The position numbers and the translations under genes are program-made. This document shows positions 19,581-29,935 of a DNA stretch of 64,000 nucleotides, in pieces. Position 1 is the first letter of the stretch. Each line of letters begins with the position of its first letter. Below the pieces are notes generated by a model that was given only the letters and a program-made list of their open reading frames with translations, was not told the DNA's origin and searched no databases. Source of the stretch: an uncultured Collinsella sp. (GTDB lineage Bacteria > Actinomycetota > Coriobacteriia > Coriobacteriales > Coriobacteriaceae); assembly GCA_900540895.1 (NCBI GenBank), contig UQHV01000014.1, positions 2,856 to 66,855 on the forward strand, in the 5' to 3' direction.

Positions 19581-21143
19581 CTACTTGCCGTCGTCGTCCT
19601 CGGCTTCTTCTCTTGCATAGAGCTCCAGCATGCGGCGGCGGTATTCGTGCACGGCGAGCTTGGCGCGCTCCAGGCGGCGGCGCTCACGCGGAGTCAGCTT
19701 GGACGGGTCGACCTCGTCTCCATAGGTCTTATCGGCAAGCAGGTGCGCCGCGTCCACGATGCGGGCATCGATGTGGCCGCTCGCTGCCTCGGCGGAAAGA
19801 CGCTCGGCAATCGTATCGAGCGTAGGCAGGCCCTCGAATACGCGACCGTGCCCATGCGAGGTCAGCAGCTCGTGCTCGCGTGCGAGCAGGCTCGCCAAAT
19901 CGTGATGGGCGCGCAGGATGTCGAGCGCATCGGATGGATGCTCGGCAACCTCTGCCACGGCAGCGACCGGTGCGGCGTCGACCACGCGGTAGAAGAGCTG
20001 CGCGAGCAGCGGCATCAAGAACACCGTGATGGCGCCGGCGGCAACCATGACCGACGCAATATCTTGCGACAGCGCGCCCGCGTTGACGGCAACGCTTGTC
20101 ACGGCAACGATGATCGGCAGAGCCGTGGTGCAGTACAGGGCCACGGTAATGCGACCATACGCCGACACATCTCGCGTCGCAGGGCAAATGCTCATAGAGA
20201 TGAGAATGGGCACGGCGCGAATAATCAACAACGCCACGATAAAGCCCGCGAGCAAGCCCGGGCGCGACGCCACAGCCGTCAGGTCGATCTTTGCGCCCGA
20301 TACGGTAAAGAACACCGGAATCAAAAAGCCGTAGGCCAGGCCGTCGAGCTTGGTCTCGAGCGTATGGTTGCCCTCGGGGATGATATAGCGCAGGACAAAG
20401 CCGGCGGCAAAAGAACCCAACACGATGTCGAGATCAAAGACGGCAGAGAACGCCACGAGCGTGACCAGGATGAGCACCGTCAGGCGCACGAAGGTCTGCG
20501 ACGTGGTGTCGGCGCGTTCCTCGATAAACGCAAAGAAGCGGCTGCCGACGCGCTTGGAGCGGCTTGGGACCACAGCCAGCAACACGCAAACCACCGCAAA
20601 CAAGCCAAGGATTACGAGCGTTTGGATGCCAGTGCGGGCAGACAGCAGCACCGACATGGCGAGCACGGGACCGAGCTCGCCCCAAGTGCCATACGCGAGA
20701 ATCGAGTCGCCAACGCGCGTGCCGGCGAGCGAGCGCTCGCGCATGATGGGCACAAGCGTACCGAGCGCCGTGGAAGTAAGGGCAAGCGTCACGGCGATAC
20801 CGTCGAAATGACTGACCGAGAACCACGGGGTAAAGCGCACGGCAAGCCAGGCGATACCAAACGTGACGACCCACGTCGCCAAGCCGTAGCGCCCCTCCAC
20901 ACCCGTGATGCTCTTGGGGTCGATCTCAAAGCCGGCAAGCAGGAACAAAAAGGCCAGGCCGAGCTCGGACACGAGCGAGACCTCGGCATCTACATGGATA
21001 ATGTCGAGCATATGGGGTCCCAGCACCGCGCCGAACACGAGCAAAAAGACCGTCTCGGGAACGGGCTTTCCGGGAATCGCCGAGGCGATGAAAGGACTCG
21101 CAAAGGCCACGAGTGCAATGATGGCGAGTGAAACGAATGCCAT
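19581..21143 (-). CDS. Cation:proton antiporter (CPA2 family)
   Basis: 12-13 TM segments; LGLAFLFLLAGFEID, ALTSTALG, GFLIPVFF; hydrophilic C-tail. Confidence 0.88.
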   Translation of the reverse strand: MAFVSLAIIALVAFASPFIASAIPGKPVPETVFLLVFGAVLGPHMLDIIHVDAEVSLVSELGLAFLFLLAGFEIDPKSITGVEGRYGLATWVVTFGIAWLAVRFTPWFSVSHFDGIAVTLALTSTALGTLVPIMRERSLAGTRVGDSILAYGTWGELGPVLAMSVLLSARTGIQTLVILGLFAVVCVLLAVVPSRSKRVGSRFFAFIEERADTTSQTFVRLTVLILVTLVAFSAVFDLDIVLGSFAAGFVLRYIIPEGNHTLETKLDGLAYGFLIPVFFTVSGAKIDLTAVASRPGLLAGFIVALLIIRAVPILISMSICPATRDVSAYGRITVALYCTTALPIIVAVTSVAVNAGALSQDIASVMVAAGAITVFLMPLLAQLFYRVVDAAPVAAVAEVAEHPSDALDILRAHHDLASLLAREHELLTSHGHGRVFEGLPTLDTIAERLSAEAASGHIDARIVDAAHLLADKTYGDEVDPSKLTPRERRRLERAKLAVHEYRRRMLELYAREEAEDDDGK

Positions 21144-21327
21144 GTGATGCCTTTCTCTTGTTTGCGCTTCACTGTAGCACCCTCGCCGTCCTCAACGCGC
21201 CGCGAGCTGTCGTATCATAGTGAGGTTTACAAACATGTGGCTCAAGGCGACCGCAGGGCAGACCCCGCAAACCGACCGTTGCCGCATACCGTACCGTACG
21301 CCCAACCGATCAGGAAGGCAGGAACCA

Positions 21328-24300
21328 ATGGTCTCTCGTATCTACGTGGAGAAGAAACCCGGGTTCGACGTCGAGGCTCAGCAGCTCAAGGGCGAGCTGA
21401 CCGAGATTCTCGGCATCAAGGGCATCGAGGCCCTGAGGATCATCAACCGCTACGACGTCGAGGGCATCGACGAGGAGCTTTTCCGCTCCTGCGTGCCGAC
21501 CGTCTTTAGCGAGCCCCAGGTCGATGTGACCTACGACGAGCTCCCCGCAAGCGATGGCGCCGTCTTTGCCGTCGAATTCCTGCCTGGCCAGTTTGACCAG
21601 CGCGCTGACTCCGCCAGCGAGTGCGTGCAGCTCATCAGCCAGGGCGAGCGCCCCGCCGTGCGCTCCGCCAAGGTCTATATGATCTCGGGCGCCCTGGACG
21701 AGGCCGCCATCGAGGCCATCAAGCACTACGTGGTGAACCCCGTCGAGGCGCGCATCGCCTCGCTCGACCTGCCCGAGACGTTGCACATTGAGACACCCGA
21801 GCCGCAGCCTGTCGAAGTGCTCGACGGTTTCCGCGAGCTCGACGAGGCCGGCCTTGCCGCCTTTATCACCGAGCGCGGCCTTGCCATGGACGAGGCGGAC
21901 ATCGCCTTCTGCCAGCAGTACTTCCGCGATGAGGATCGCGACCCCACCATCACCGAGATCCGCGTGATCGACACCTATTGGTCCGACCACTGCCGCCACA
22001 CCACCTTCGGCACCGTCCTGGACGACGTGACAATCGACGACGCCGTGGTGCAGCAAGCCTTCGACCGCTACATGGAGATGCGCCACGAGCTCGGTCGCGA
22101 CGCCAAGCCCGTCTGCCTCATGGACATGGGCACCATCGGCGCCAAGTACCTTAAGAAGACCGGCGTCATGACCGATGTCGATGAGTCCGAGGAGATCAAC
22201 GCCTGCACCGTCAAGGTGAAGGTCGATGTCGACGGCGAGGACCAGGACTGGCTGTTCCTCTTTAAGAACGAGACCCACAACCACCCGACCGAGATCGAGC
22301 CCTTCGGCGGTGCCGCCACCTGCGTGGGCGGCGCTATCCGCGACCCGCTCTCGGGCCGCAGCTATGTGTACCAGGCCATGCGCGTCACCGGCGCCGGCGA
22401 CCCCACCGTCCCGGTTTCCGAGACGCTCGAGGGCAAGCTGCCGCAGCGCAAGCTCGTGACCACCGCTGCCGCCGGCTACTCCAGCTACGGCAACCAGATC
22501 GGCCTTGCCACCGGTCAGGTTAATGAACTCTATCACCCCGGTTACGTGGCCAAGCGCATGGAAGTTGGCGCCGTCGTGGGCGCCACCCCGGCAAACCACG
22601 TTCGTCGCGAGTGCCCCGCCCCCACCGACAAGATCATCCTGCTGGGTGGTCGCACCGGCCGTGACGGCATCGGTGGCGCCACCGGCTCCTCAAAGACCCA
22701 GAACACCGAGTCCATCGAGACCTCGGGTGCCGAGGTCCAGAAGGGCAACGCCCCGGTCGAGCGCAAGCTGCAGCGTCTGTTCCGCCGCGGCGACGCCTGC
22801 CGTCTGATCAAGCGCTGCAACGACTTTGGCGCCGGCGGCGTCTCGGTCGCCGTGGGTGAGCTTGCCGACGGCCTGTATGTCGACCTTGACACCGTGACCA
22901 AGAAGTACGACGACCTGGATGGCACCGAGCTCGCCATTTCCGAGTCCCAGGAGCGCATGGCTTGCGCCGTCGCCGACGGTGACGTCGAGGAGTTCATGGG
23001 CTACGCCGCCGAGGAGAACCTGGAGGCAACCGTTATCGCCGAGGTTACCGCCGAGCCGCGCATGCGCATGGCATGGAACGGCGTCGCCATCGTCGATCTG
23101 TCCCGCGAGTTCCTCAACTCCAACGGTGCACCCAAGCACCAGGTCGCCCACGTCTGCGCCCGCAGCGTGTGGCAGCCCAGCTGGGCCGGCACCACACTTG
23201 CCGAGCGCATGACCTCGCTCGTCACCGATCTTAACGTCGCCTCCAACAAGGGCCTTTCCGAGCGCTTCGACTCCACCATCGGTGCCGCAACCGTGCTTAT
23301 GCCTTTTGGCGGCAAGACGCAGCTCACCCCGAGCTCGGCCATGGTCGCCAAGTTCCCCGTAGACGGCGAGACCACCACGGCAAGCGCCATGGCGTGGGGC
23401 TTCAACCCCTACCTGATGGAGGCCGACCAGTTTGCAGGCGCCTACCTGTCCGTGGTCGAGTCCATCGCCAAGCTCGTTGCCGCCGGCTTTGAGCACAAAC
23501 GCGCCTATCTCTCCTTCCAGGAATACTTTGAGCGCCTGCGCACCGAGGCCGAGCGTTGGGGCAAGCCCATGGCAGCCGTCCTGGGTGCCCTTATGGCCCA
23601 GGTCGACCTGGGTGCCGGTGCCATCGGCGGCAAGGACTCTATGAGCGGTTCGTTTGAGGACGAGGCCGGCGAGCTCAACGTTCCGCCGACCCTGATCAGC
23701 TTCGCTGTCGCCGTGGGCAAGGCGGCCCGCGCCGTCTCCCCCGAGTTCAAGGGCCTCACGCACCGCGTCGTCCGCATCGCCCCCGCCACCTATGGCCAGG
23801 ACTACCGTCCCGATGCCCAGCAGCTGCTCGCCGCATTTGACGCCGTCGAGGCGCTCACCGCCGCCGGCGACGCCCTGGCCGTCTCCACGCCCGGCTACGG
23901 CTGCGGCGCCGAGAGCCTCTTTAAGATGTGCGTCGGTAACCAGATCGGTATCGAGCTTGCCGAGGATGTAGACGTGGAGAGCCTCTTCACCCCGTTCTAT
24001 GGCAGCTTTATCGTCGAGCTCGCCGAGGATGCCGAGCTGCCCGAGGTCGCCGACGGCGTTGTCGTCGAGCCCCTGGGCACCACCGTCGAGGGTTATGTCA
24101 TCGATACCGGCTCCGAAGTCATCGAGCTCTCCGAGCTCCAGGAGGCCTGGGAGAGCGGCATCGAGGGCGTCTTTGCCTACCGCAGCGCCGGCGAGTCCGC
24201 CGAGGTCGAGACCATCGACTTCCGTGCCAAGGATATCCACGTGTACGGCGGCGCCAAGATCGCCCGCCCGCGCGTGGTAATCCCCGTGTTCCCCGGCAAC

Positions 24301-25074
24301 AACTGCGAGTACGATAGCGCCCGCGCTTTCCGCGCCGCCGGCGCCGAGGTCGACACCTTCGTGATCAACAACCTCACGCCCGAGGCCGTCGCCGAGAGCA
24401 CCCACGAGCTTGCCCGCCGCATCCGTGCAAGCCAGATCGTCATGATCCCCGGCGGCTTCTCGGGCGGCGACGAGCCCGATGGCTCCGCCAAGTTCATCAC
24501 GGCGTTCTTCCGCGCTCCCGAGGTCACCGAGGCAGTCCGCGACCTGCTCAAGGCCCGCGACGGCCTGATGCTGGGCATCTGCAACGGCTTCCAGGCCCTG
24601 ATCAAGCTCGGTCTGGTGCCCTACGGCGACATCGTCGACGCCACGCCTGATGCGCCCACGCTTACGTTCAACACCATCGGTCGCCATCAGAGCCGTCTGG
24701 TGCGCACCCGTATCTCGTCCAACCTGTCCCCGTGGCTGTCGCAGTGCAGCCTGGACGACCCCTACACCGTCGCCATCAGCCACGGCGAGGGCCGCTTTGT
24801 CGCCAACGACGAAGTGCTCGCCCAGCTGATCGCCAACGGCCAGGTCGCCACGCAGTACGTGGGCGAGGACGGCAAGCCCAGCATGGACCTTTCCGTCAAC
24901 CCCAACGGCTCCGCACTCGCCATCGAGGGCATCACGAGCCCCGACGGCCGCGTCCTGGGCAAGATGGGCCATGCCGAGCGTCGCGGCGACAACCTGTACC
25001 GCAACGTGCCCGAGCATGTCCCCGGCGATAAGTTCATGCCGATCTTTGAGAGCGGCGTGGCCTACTTCGCTTAA
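21328..25074 (+). CDS. purL: Phosphoribosylformylglycinamidine synthase (single-chain type with GATase domain)
   Basis: WSDHCRH, KNETHNHPTEIEPFGGAAT, DFGAGG, SESQERM, GGKDSMSG, PGGFSGGD, LGICNGFQ, SHGEG, MGHAER; start ATG 21328. Confidence 0.97.
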   Translation: MVSRIYVEKKPGFDVEAQQLKGELTEILGIKGIEALRIINRYDVEGIDEELFRSCVPTVFSEPQVDVTYDELPASDGAVFAVEFLPGQFDQRADSASECVQLISQGERPAVRSAKVYMISGALDEAAIEAIKHYVVNPVEARIASLDLPETLHIETPEPQPVEVLDGFRELDEAGLAAFITERGLAMDEADIAFCQQYFRDEDRDPTITEIRVIDTYWSDHCRHTTFGTVLDDVTIDDAVVQQAFDRYMEMRHELGRDAKPVCLMDMGTIGAKYLKKTGVMTDVDESEEINACTVKVKVDVDGEDQDWLFLFKNETHNHPTEIEPFGGAATCVGGAIRDPLSGRSYVYQAMRVTGAGDPTVPVSETLEGKLPQRKLVTTAAAGYSSYGNQIGLATGQVNELYHPGYVAKRMEVGAVVGATPANHVRRECPAPTDKIILLGGRTGRDGIGGATGSSKTQNTESIETSGAEVQKGNAPVERKLQRLFRRGDACRLIKRCNDFGAGGVSVAVGELADGLYVDLDTVTKKYDDLDGTELAISESQERMACAVADGDVEEFMGYAAEENLEATVIAEVTAEPRMRMAWNGVAIVDLSREFLNSNGAPKHQVAHVCARSVWQPSWAGTTLAERMTSLVTDLNVASNKGLSERFDSTIGAATVLMPFGGKTQLTPSSAMVAKFPVDGETTTASAMAWGFNPYLMEADQFAGAYLSVVESIAKLVAAGFEHKRAYLSFQEYFERLRTEAERWGKPMAAVLGALMAQVDLGAGAIGGKDSMSGSFEDEAGELNVPPTLISFAVAVGKAARAVSPEFKGLTHRVVRIAPATYGQDYRPDAQQLLAAFDAVEALTAAGDALAVSTPGYGCGAESLFKMCVGNQIGIELAEDVDVESLFTPFYGSFIVELAEDAELPEVADGVVVEPLGTTVEGYVIDTGSEVIELSELQEAWESGIEGVFAYRSAGESAEVETIDFRAKDIHVYGGAKIARPRVVIPVFPGNNCEYDSARAFRAAGAEVDTFVINNLTPEAVAESTHELARRIRASQIVMIPGGFSGGDEPDGSAKFITAFFRAPEVTEAVRDLLKARDGLMLGICNGFQALIKLGLVPYGDIVDATPDAPTLTFNTIGRHQSRLVRTRISSNLSPWLSQCSLDDPYTVAISHGEGRFVANDEVLAQLIANGQVATQYVGEDGKPSMDLSVNPNGSALAIEGITSPDGRVLGKMGHAERRGDNLYRNVPEHVPGDKFMPIFESGVAYFA

Positions 25075-25110
25075 TGCGTCCCATCGGGTACAATCCTCTC
25101 GGGTAACAAC

Positions 25111-25147
25111 ACCCGCCACCGGTACACCCGGTGGCGGGTTCTTTTTT
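25111..25147 (+). terminator. Intrinsic terminator after purL
   Basis: ACCCGCCACCGG-TACAC-CCGGTGGCGGGT followed by TCTTTTTT. Confidence 0.88.
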
Positions 25148-25172
25148 GCTTCGCGCATACAGGAAGGACATC

Positions 25173-26108
25173 ATGGAAAGCCGCAAGCCGTATCTCGCCA
25201 CCCTGCCCGGACTCGTCCTGGGCTGCCTCGTCTGCTGTGCGCTCTGGGGGTCGGCTTTCCCCTGCATCAAGATCGGTTACGAGCTCTTTGGCATCCCCGC
25301 GCACGATAGCGCCTCGCAGCTGCTCTTTGCAGGTTTGCGCTTTACGCTTGCCGGCGCCCTGGTTATCGTTGGGATGAGCACGGCCCAGCGCCGCCCCCTC
25401 GTTCCGCAGGCTCGCGACATCCAGCCCATCTTTATCCTGTCGCTCTTCCAGACTATCGGGCAATACTTCTTTTTCTACCTGGGACTCTCGCGCGCCAGCG
25501 CCATGTCGAGTTCCATCATCGAGGCCAGCGCCAACTTCCTCGCAATCCTCTTTGCCGCTCTGGCGTTTCGCACCGAGAAGCTCAATACGGCCAAGGTGCT
25601 TGGCTGTGTGCTGGGCTTTGCCGGCGTCGCGCTCGTCAACCTTTCGGGCGCGGACGGCACCTTTGGCTTTACGGTCGACGGCGAGGGCTTTATCTTGGCT
25701 TCCACCGTTGCGGGCGCTCTGTCGACCTGCCTCATTGGCATCTTCTCGCGCGAGCATGACGGCGTCTTGCTCGCCGGCTGGCAGTTCTTGGTCGGCGGCC
25801 TGGTCCTTACCGCCATCGGGTTTTTGATGGGCGGCGCGCTATCCCCCACCGAAATCGCCCCCGCCATCGCGCTCATCATTTATATGGCACTCATTTCCGC
25901 CGTCGCGTACTCGCTGTGGTCGCGCCTGCTTGCCGTCAACCCCGTCAGCCGCGTCTCGGTCTTTGGGTTTATGAACCCCGTCTTTGGTGTGGTGCTGAGC
26001 GCGCTGCTGCTCGGCGAGGGCGCTGGCACGAGCCCCATTACCGTACTTGTTGCCCTGCTGTTGGTCTGCGGCGGCATCATCATCGTCAACAAACCCAAAA
26101 AAGCCTAG
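25173..26108 (+). CDS. DMT (EamA) family transporter
   Basis: LWGSAFPCIKIGY, FAGLRF, about 10 TM segments, NPVFGV; AGGAAGGA RBS. Confidence 0.88.
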   Translation: MESRKPYLATLPGLVLGCLVCCALWGSAFPCIKIGYELFGIPAHDSASQLLFAGLRFTLAGALVIVGMSTAQRRPLVPQARDIQPIFILSLFQTIGQYFFFYLGLSRASAMSSSIIEASANFLAILFAALAFRTEKLNTAKVLGCVLGFAGVALVNLSGADGTFGFTVDGEGFILASTVAGALSTCLIGIFSREHDGVLLAGWQFLVGGLVLTAIGFLMGGALSPTEIAPAIALIIYMALISAVAYSLWSRLLAVNPVSRVSVFGFMNPVFGVVLSALLLGEGAGTSPITVLVALLLVCGGIIIVNKPKKA

Positions 26109-26255
26109 CGAGTTCACCTTTTTAGAGAGGATGTTCGCAAACTTTAGCTTAATGGAGCACACTGGTTCTCGTTGATTTTGTACCGAGTCGCGGCGGCAGA
26201 CGCCCGTCTCGCCGCACCGCGCCTGGGCATTATGGCCGGTGGCCCCCACAAACGT

Positions 26256-26298
26256 AAAAGGGGCGCACGACCATCGCAACGGTCGTGCGCCCCTTTTT
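26256..26298. terminator. Bidirectional intrinsic terminator
   Basis: AAAAGGGGCGCACGACC-N8-GGTCGTGCGCCCCTTTTT between convergent genes. Confidence 0.88.
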
Positions 26299-27441
26299 CT
26301 AGCGAACCTTGATGCCGGATTTCTTTTTGGCGTCCTTGATGCGATAGAGCTCCGCATCGGCAGCGCGCAGAAGCTCTTGCCACGTGTTGATCCCATCGCC
26401 GTAGCGCGCGTAGCCGATAGACATTCGAAGCGAGTAGGGTGTCTCGGCGCGCGAGAGCTCGTTATTGATCGCCGAACACAGGCGGATAATGTCGTGCTCC
26501 GTCACCCCCTTCTGCAGTACGACGAACTCATCACCGCCATAGCGCGCAATAAAGCCGCCGGACGGCGAACAGACGTCCTTGAGTACTGCGGAAACAACCT
26601 GAAGAGCATGGTCACCCTCCACATGTCCATAGCGATCGTTAATCTGCTTAAAGCCGTCAGCATCCATCATAAGCAGATATACATCTTCGGCCTGATCCAC
26701 ATTTGAAAAGAGCGACAGCATATAGGTCTCAAAACGGTTGCGATTGTTGAGGCCAGTCAACGGGTCGGTCGAGATCAGCTGCTCCTGGTAGATGATGTAG
26801 AGCAGCAGGATGCTCAGCGTTATACCGACACAAAGGCCCGGTACCGAAAACAAAACCTGGAAGGTACCGTCCACCAGAGCGGGAACCACAAAAAAGGCGA
26901 GGGTGCGATAAATGGCCTTCGTTTGCAGACTTTCGACTTTTCGAGCCTGAATAAAGGCATGCAAGGACGTATATATGATGTAGCAGTAGCTAACGATAGG
27001 TTGAATCATATAAAGCTCTCCGCGACGATATACGCCCCGCGCATCGATATAGAACATAGCGTGCGTCCAGTAGCTGGTAAATGCCAGCACGACCACCAAT
27101 ACGGTTGGCAACGTCACGATCGCAACCCTATAGCGCGCGGTCAGAAGGCGAGAGCCCTGCACTGTCTCGGAATAGAAAAACCAAATGAGGCACGCGATGG
27201 CGAACAGCGAAAACGAGACCGCGTTGGAAATCCAGTTGGCCGTGATGCCTACGGGAGTGCTCACGCCGTCCGAGAGCGTCCAGATCATATCGAAGAAAAT
27301 GTAGGCAGCAGACGTGTAGCCCAGCATGCTAAACAAAAGCTGCTGGGTGCTCGAGAACAGGGAGCGACGGCTTCGTGCGGCAAGCCCGACAAGAACAATC
27401 ATGCATAACAGGAATATCTCGATCTTGAGTGCCTTAACCAC
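26299..27441 (-). CDS. Membrane-bound diguanylate cyclase (GGDEF)
   Basis: About 7 N-terminal TM segments; TDPLTGLNNR, DADGFKQINDRYGHVEGD, ARYGGDEF, AD..LY..K. Start GTG 27441 after AAGGGAGG. Confidence 0.9.
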   Translation of the reverse strand: MVKALKIEIFLLCMIVLVGLAARSRRSLFSSTQQLLFSMLGYTSAAYIFFDMIWTLSDGVSTPVGITANWISNAVSFSLFAIACLIWFFYSETVQGSRLLTARYRVAIVTLPTVLVVVLAFTSYWTHAMFYIDARGVYRRGELYMIQPIVSYCYIIYTSLHAFIQARKVESLQTKAIYRTLAFFVVPALVDGTFQVLFSVPGLCVGITLSILLLYIIYQEQLISTDPLTGLNNRNRFETYMLSLFSNVDQAEDVYLLMMDADGFKQINDRYGHVEGDHALQVVSAVLKDVCSPSGGFIARYGGDEFVVLQKGVTEHDIIRLCSAINNELSRAETPYSLRMSIGYARYGDGINTWQELLRAADAELYRIKDAKKKSGIKVR

Positions 27442-27540
27442 TAGACGCCCTCCCTTCAATATCCAAGTGGTCAGAATCGCCCGATTCGTGTCTGGGCAAT
27501 AAACACCCCTTACTCCGCAGGGGTAAAGGGAATAATAGCA

Positions 27541-27583
27541 GAGCGCCCGAACGTTGCTGCAGAACAGTCATCGTTCGGGCGCT
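27541..27583 (-). terminator. Stem-loop downstream of kdgT
   Basis: GAGCGCCCGAACG...CGTTCGGGCGCTC, 13-bp perfect stem; U-tract weak. Confidence 0.55.
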
Positions 27584-27629
27584 CAAACGGCGCGAGTTGC
27601 ACGCCGGCATCATTGATGGGTATCGATTA

Positions 27630-28652
27630 CTACTCGCCATCAATATCGATCGCGACGGCCTCCTCGATGGCCTCGACACCGGCAGGCGACAGATCCTCCT
27701 TGCCTTGGCAGAACTTCTTGTCGACCCAGCCGGTCAGAATCGGGGCCATGATTGCCGTGATGATGACGGCGGTGGCGATCTGCGCATACGCGGTGGGCGC
27801 AAGCTCGGCATAGCGCGGAGCGACCTCAGCGAGGGCGACCGGCGTGGTCATAGCCGTGCCGGCGATAGTGGAGCAGGCAACGGCCGCCTTGCCGTTACCA
27901 CCGCACAGGCGCTCGAACGCAAAGGTGATGGGGCCGACAATAAAGAGTGTGATGAGACCCAGCAAGATACCGGAAATACCGCCGGTGATAAAGCTCGACA
28001 GGCTCATGGACGCACCGAGCTGAAAACCAATTACAGCGATCGCGGGATTGGCGCCGGGAACCAGCAGGTTCTTGATAAACGGGAACAAGTTGCCCAGGAC
28101 CATGCCGATAACAAGCGGCAGGATGGATCCGATGATGGTGCCGACGGGGATGTTGGCGAGACCCGAAACACCAAGGATGATCATCGTGACGGCGGGGCCG
28201 GCCGTAAAGAACAGGATACCGACAGCGCCCTGCTCGGACTCATCGCCGAACTCGCCCATGATGCCCGTATAGAGCGCCATGTTGCAAAACGTAATGCCGC
28301 CGATGATGGAAACCGAGCTCAGGCCTAAAAAGTTATCGTTAAAGAAGTACGCGACGCCCAGACCCAGCGCGGCTGCCACTACAAGCTTAGGAATCAGCAC
28401 GACGATGCCGGTCTTGATGGCACCCGGTGTGGACTTAAAGCTGATGCCGGCGCCCACAAACAGCAAGATCGCGGCAACGATGGTGTTGGAGCCGCCGCGG
28501 CAGGCTGCCGTAAAGAAGCCGCCGATCTCAAAGACCTGTGGGCAGAAGGTATTGAGCAAAAGGCCGACGATCATCGGGTAGATCATGATGTCACCCGGGA
28601 TGCGCGGTACCTTGAATTTCTTTTGCTCGTTGGCGGTCGCTCCCTGTGCCAT
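27630..28652 (-). CDS. kdgT: 2-keto-3-deoxygluconate permease (KdgT) family
   Basis: RIPG..MIYPM..G.LLNTFCP..FEIGGFFTA, GPAVTM, GMVLGNL, STIAG...TP. Confidence 0.8.
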   Translation of the reverse strand: MAQGATANEQKKFKVPRIPGDIMIYPMIVGLLLNTFCPQVFEIGGFFTAACRGGSNTIVAAILLFVGAGISFKSTPGAIKTGIVVLIPKLVVAAALGLGVAYFFNDNFLGLSSVSIIGGITFCNMALYTGIMGEFGDESEQGAVGILFFTAGPAVTMIILGVSGLANIPVGTIIGSILPLVIGMVLGNLFPFIKNLLVPGANPAIAVIGFQLGASMSLSSFITGGISGILLGLITLFIVGPITFAFERLCGGNGKAAVACSTIAGTAMTTPVALAEVAPRYAELAPTAYAQIATAVIITAIMAPILTGWVDKKFCQGKEDLSPAGVEAIEEAVAIDIDGE

Positions 28653-28792
28653 GAAACCCCCTTTTCCGCTGACGCAGAACAAAAGCCCACGTCACGCTTT
28701 GCTACAGTAAAGTTTGACCATGGTACCAGAAGAAGCAGACCGCCTCGGTGGGAAATTGGATTCGTTGGCCGGAATGAAAACGCGTCCTGCTC

Positions 28793-29116
28793 TTATACGA
28801 GGCTCAAAACGATATAGAGCACGATGCCCGAAACACAGCACCATAGCATCGACTTTGTCTTGATTGCCACCGCCACGACGCCGGCAGCCGCAATCCAGAG
28901 AATCAAGCCCTGCCACAAGCCGGCGTCAAAAGCGCCAGGGCTTATCAAATCGTTAGCAACCAGTGCCGCGAAGGCGGCGGGCGGGATATAACCCAAGGCC
29001 TCGGTAACGCGGGGCGACAGCGTTCTCCCGCGCAAAGCAAACGCCGGGGCAATGCGGAAAAATGCGATAGCCGCCCATGACGACAGCCACAGGACCAAAA
29101 ACTCATTAACGGGCAT
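28793..29116 (-). CDS. azlD: AzlD-family small membrane protein
   Basis: FRIAP, ALGYIPPAAFAALV; overlaps the azlC stop. Confidence 0.8.
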   Translation of the reverse strand: MPVNEFLVLWLSSWAAIAFFRIAPAFALRGRTLSPRVTEALGYIPPAAFAALVANDLISPGAFDAGLWQGLILWIAAAGVVAVAIKTKSMLWCCVSGIVLYIVLSLV

Positions 29117-29798
29117 CGCAAGCGCCCCTTCCTTCGGCGAGAGCATCGCACGCAAGCGCCGCGACAACGCCGACGAGCACGCTTACCGGCACGGCGATAT
29201 TCGTCCACCCCAAGAGCTTGCATATGGCGACGGACACCGCAGCCAAAACGGCAGCTACGATATTGCCGCGCGACAGTCGCTGCGAAAAGAGCAGGCAGAT
29301 AAAGAGCGATGTGCAGACAAAACCCGCAATAGCGGTGGGAGCATCGACAACGGCACCGACGATGGCGCCCGTCGTACACGAAACGCCCCATGTTGCGATG
29401 AGGATCACGTTGAGCACAAAGGACTCGAGCGGACCCCAATCCTCCCCTTCAACCAATTTGCCAAGCGAGATGCCATATGCCTCCTCGGTAAGTGTCGCGG
29501 CAACAGCCAGCGTCTGACGCTTCGAGGCACCCCTCAGATGCGGTGCGATCGATGCCGAGTAAAGTGCAAAGCGCGAGGAGATTGCGGCGACGCTCGCGAC
29601 GATCGATGCCGCAGGCACACCTGCCAGCCACAGATTGCAGATCATAAACTGCCCGCTGCCCGTCACGAACGTGCTGCTCAGAGCAAAAACCATCCAGGGT
29701 TCCATTCCCGTCTGCGCCATGATCATTCCGCACGGCGCGGCTATCGCAACATAGGTAAGCATCACCGGCCAGATGGTTTTAACGATTTTGAGCACCAT
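29106..29798 (-). CDS. azlC: AzlC-family branched-chain amino acid exporter
   Basis: PVMLTY, TGSGQF, SRFALYSAS, LTEEAYG motifs. Confidence 0.85.
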   Translation of the reverse strand: MVLKIVKTIWPVMLTYVAIAAPCGMIMAQTGMEPWMVFALSSTFVTGSGQFMICNLWLAGVPAASIVASVAAISSRFALYSASIAPHLRGASKRQTLAVAATLTEEAYGISLGKLVEGEDWGPLESFVLNVILIATWGVSCTTGAIVGAVVDAPTAIAGFVCTSLFICLLFSQRLSRGNIVAAVLAAVSVAICKLLGWTNIAVPVSVLVGVVAALACDALAEGRGACDAR

Positions 29799-29935
29799 AG
29801 CGTTCCTCGTCCCGACAAGCTTTCCGAGCCGCATTCAACGACGCGGCAGAATCATCGCCCGGTGGCAATAAAGTTCGCCTACAATTGCCACCGGATCGAA
29901 AGACACAGAAAGACACAGCTTTTTAGGAAGTCATT

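Noticed and set aside
26160..26230. CGCCTGGGC resembling the ZTP riboswitch 3' end, near purL
   Set aside because: No GACTGGCG/GTGG P1-P2 elements, and it lies downstream of convergent genes rather than in a leader.
29888..29920. Tandem GAAAGACACA duplication upstream of the HD-domain gene
   Set aside because: Only two short copies; cannot be distinguished from chance or slippage.
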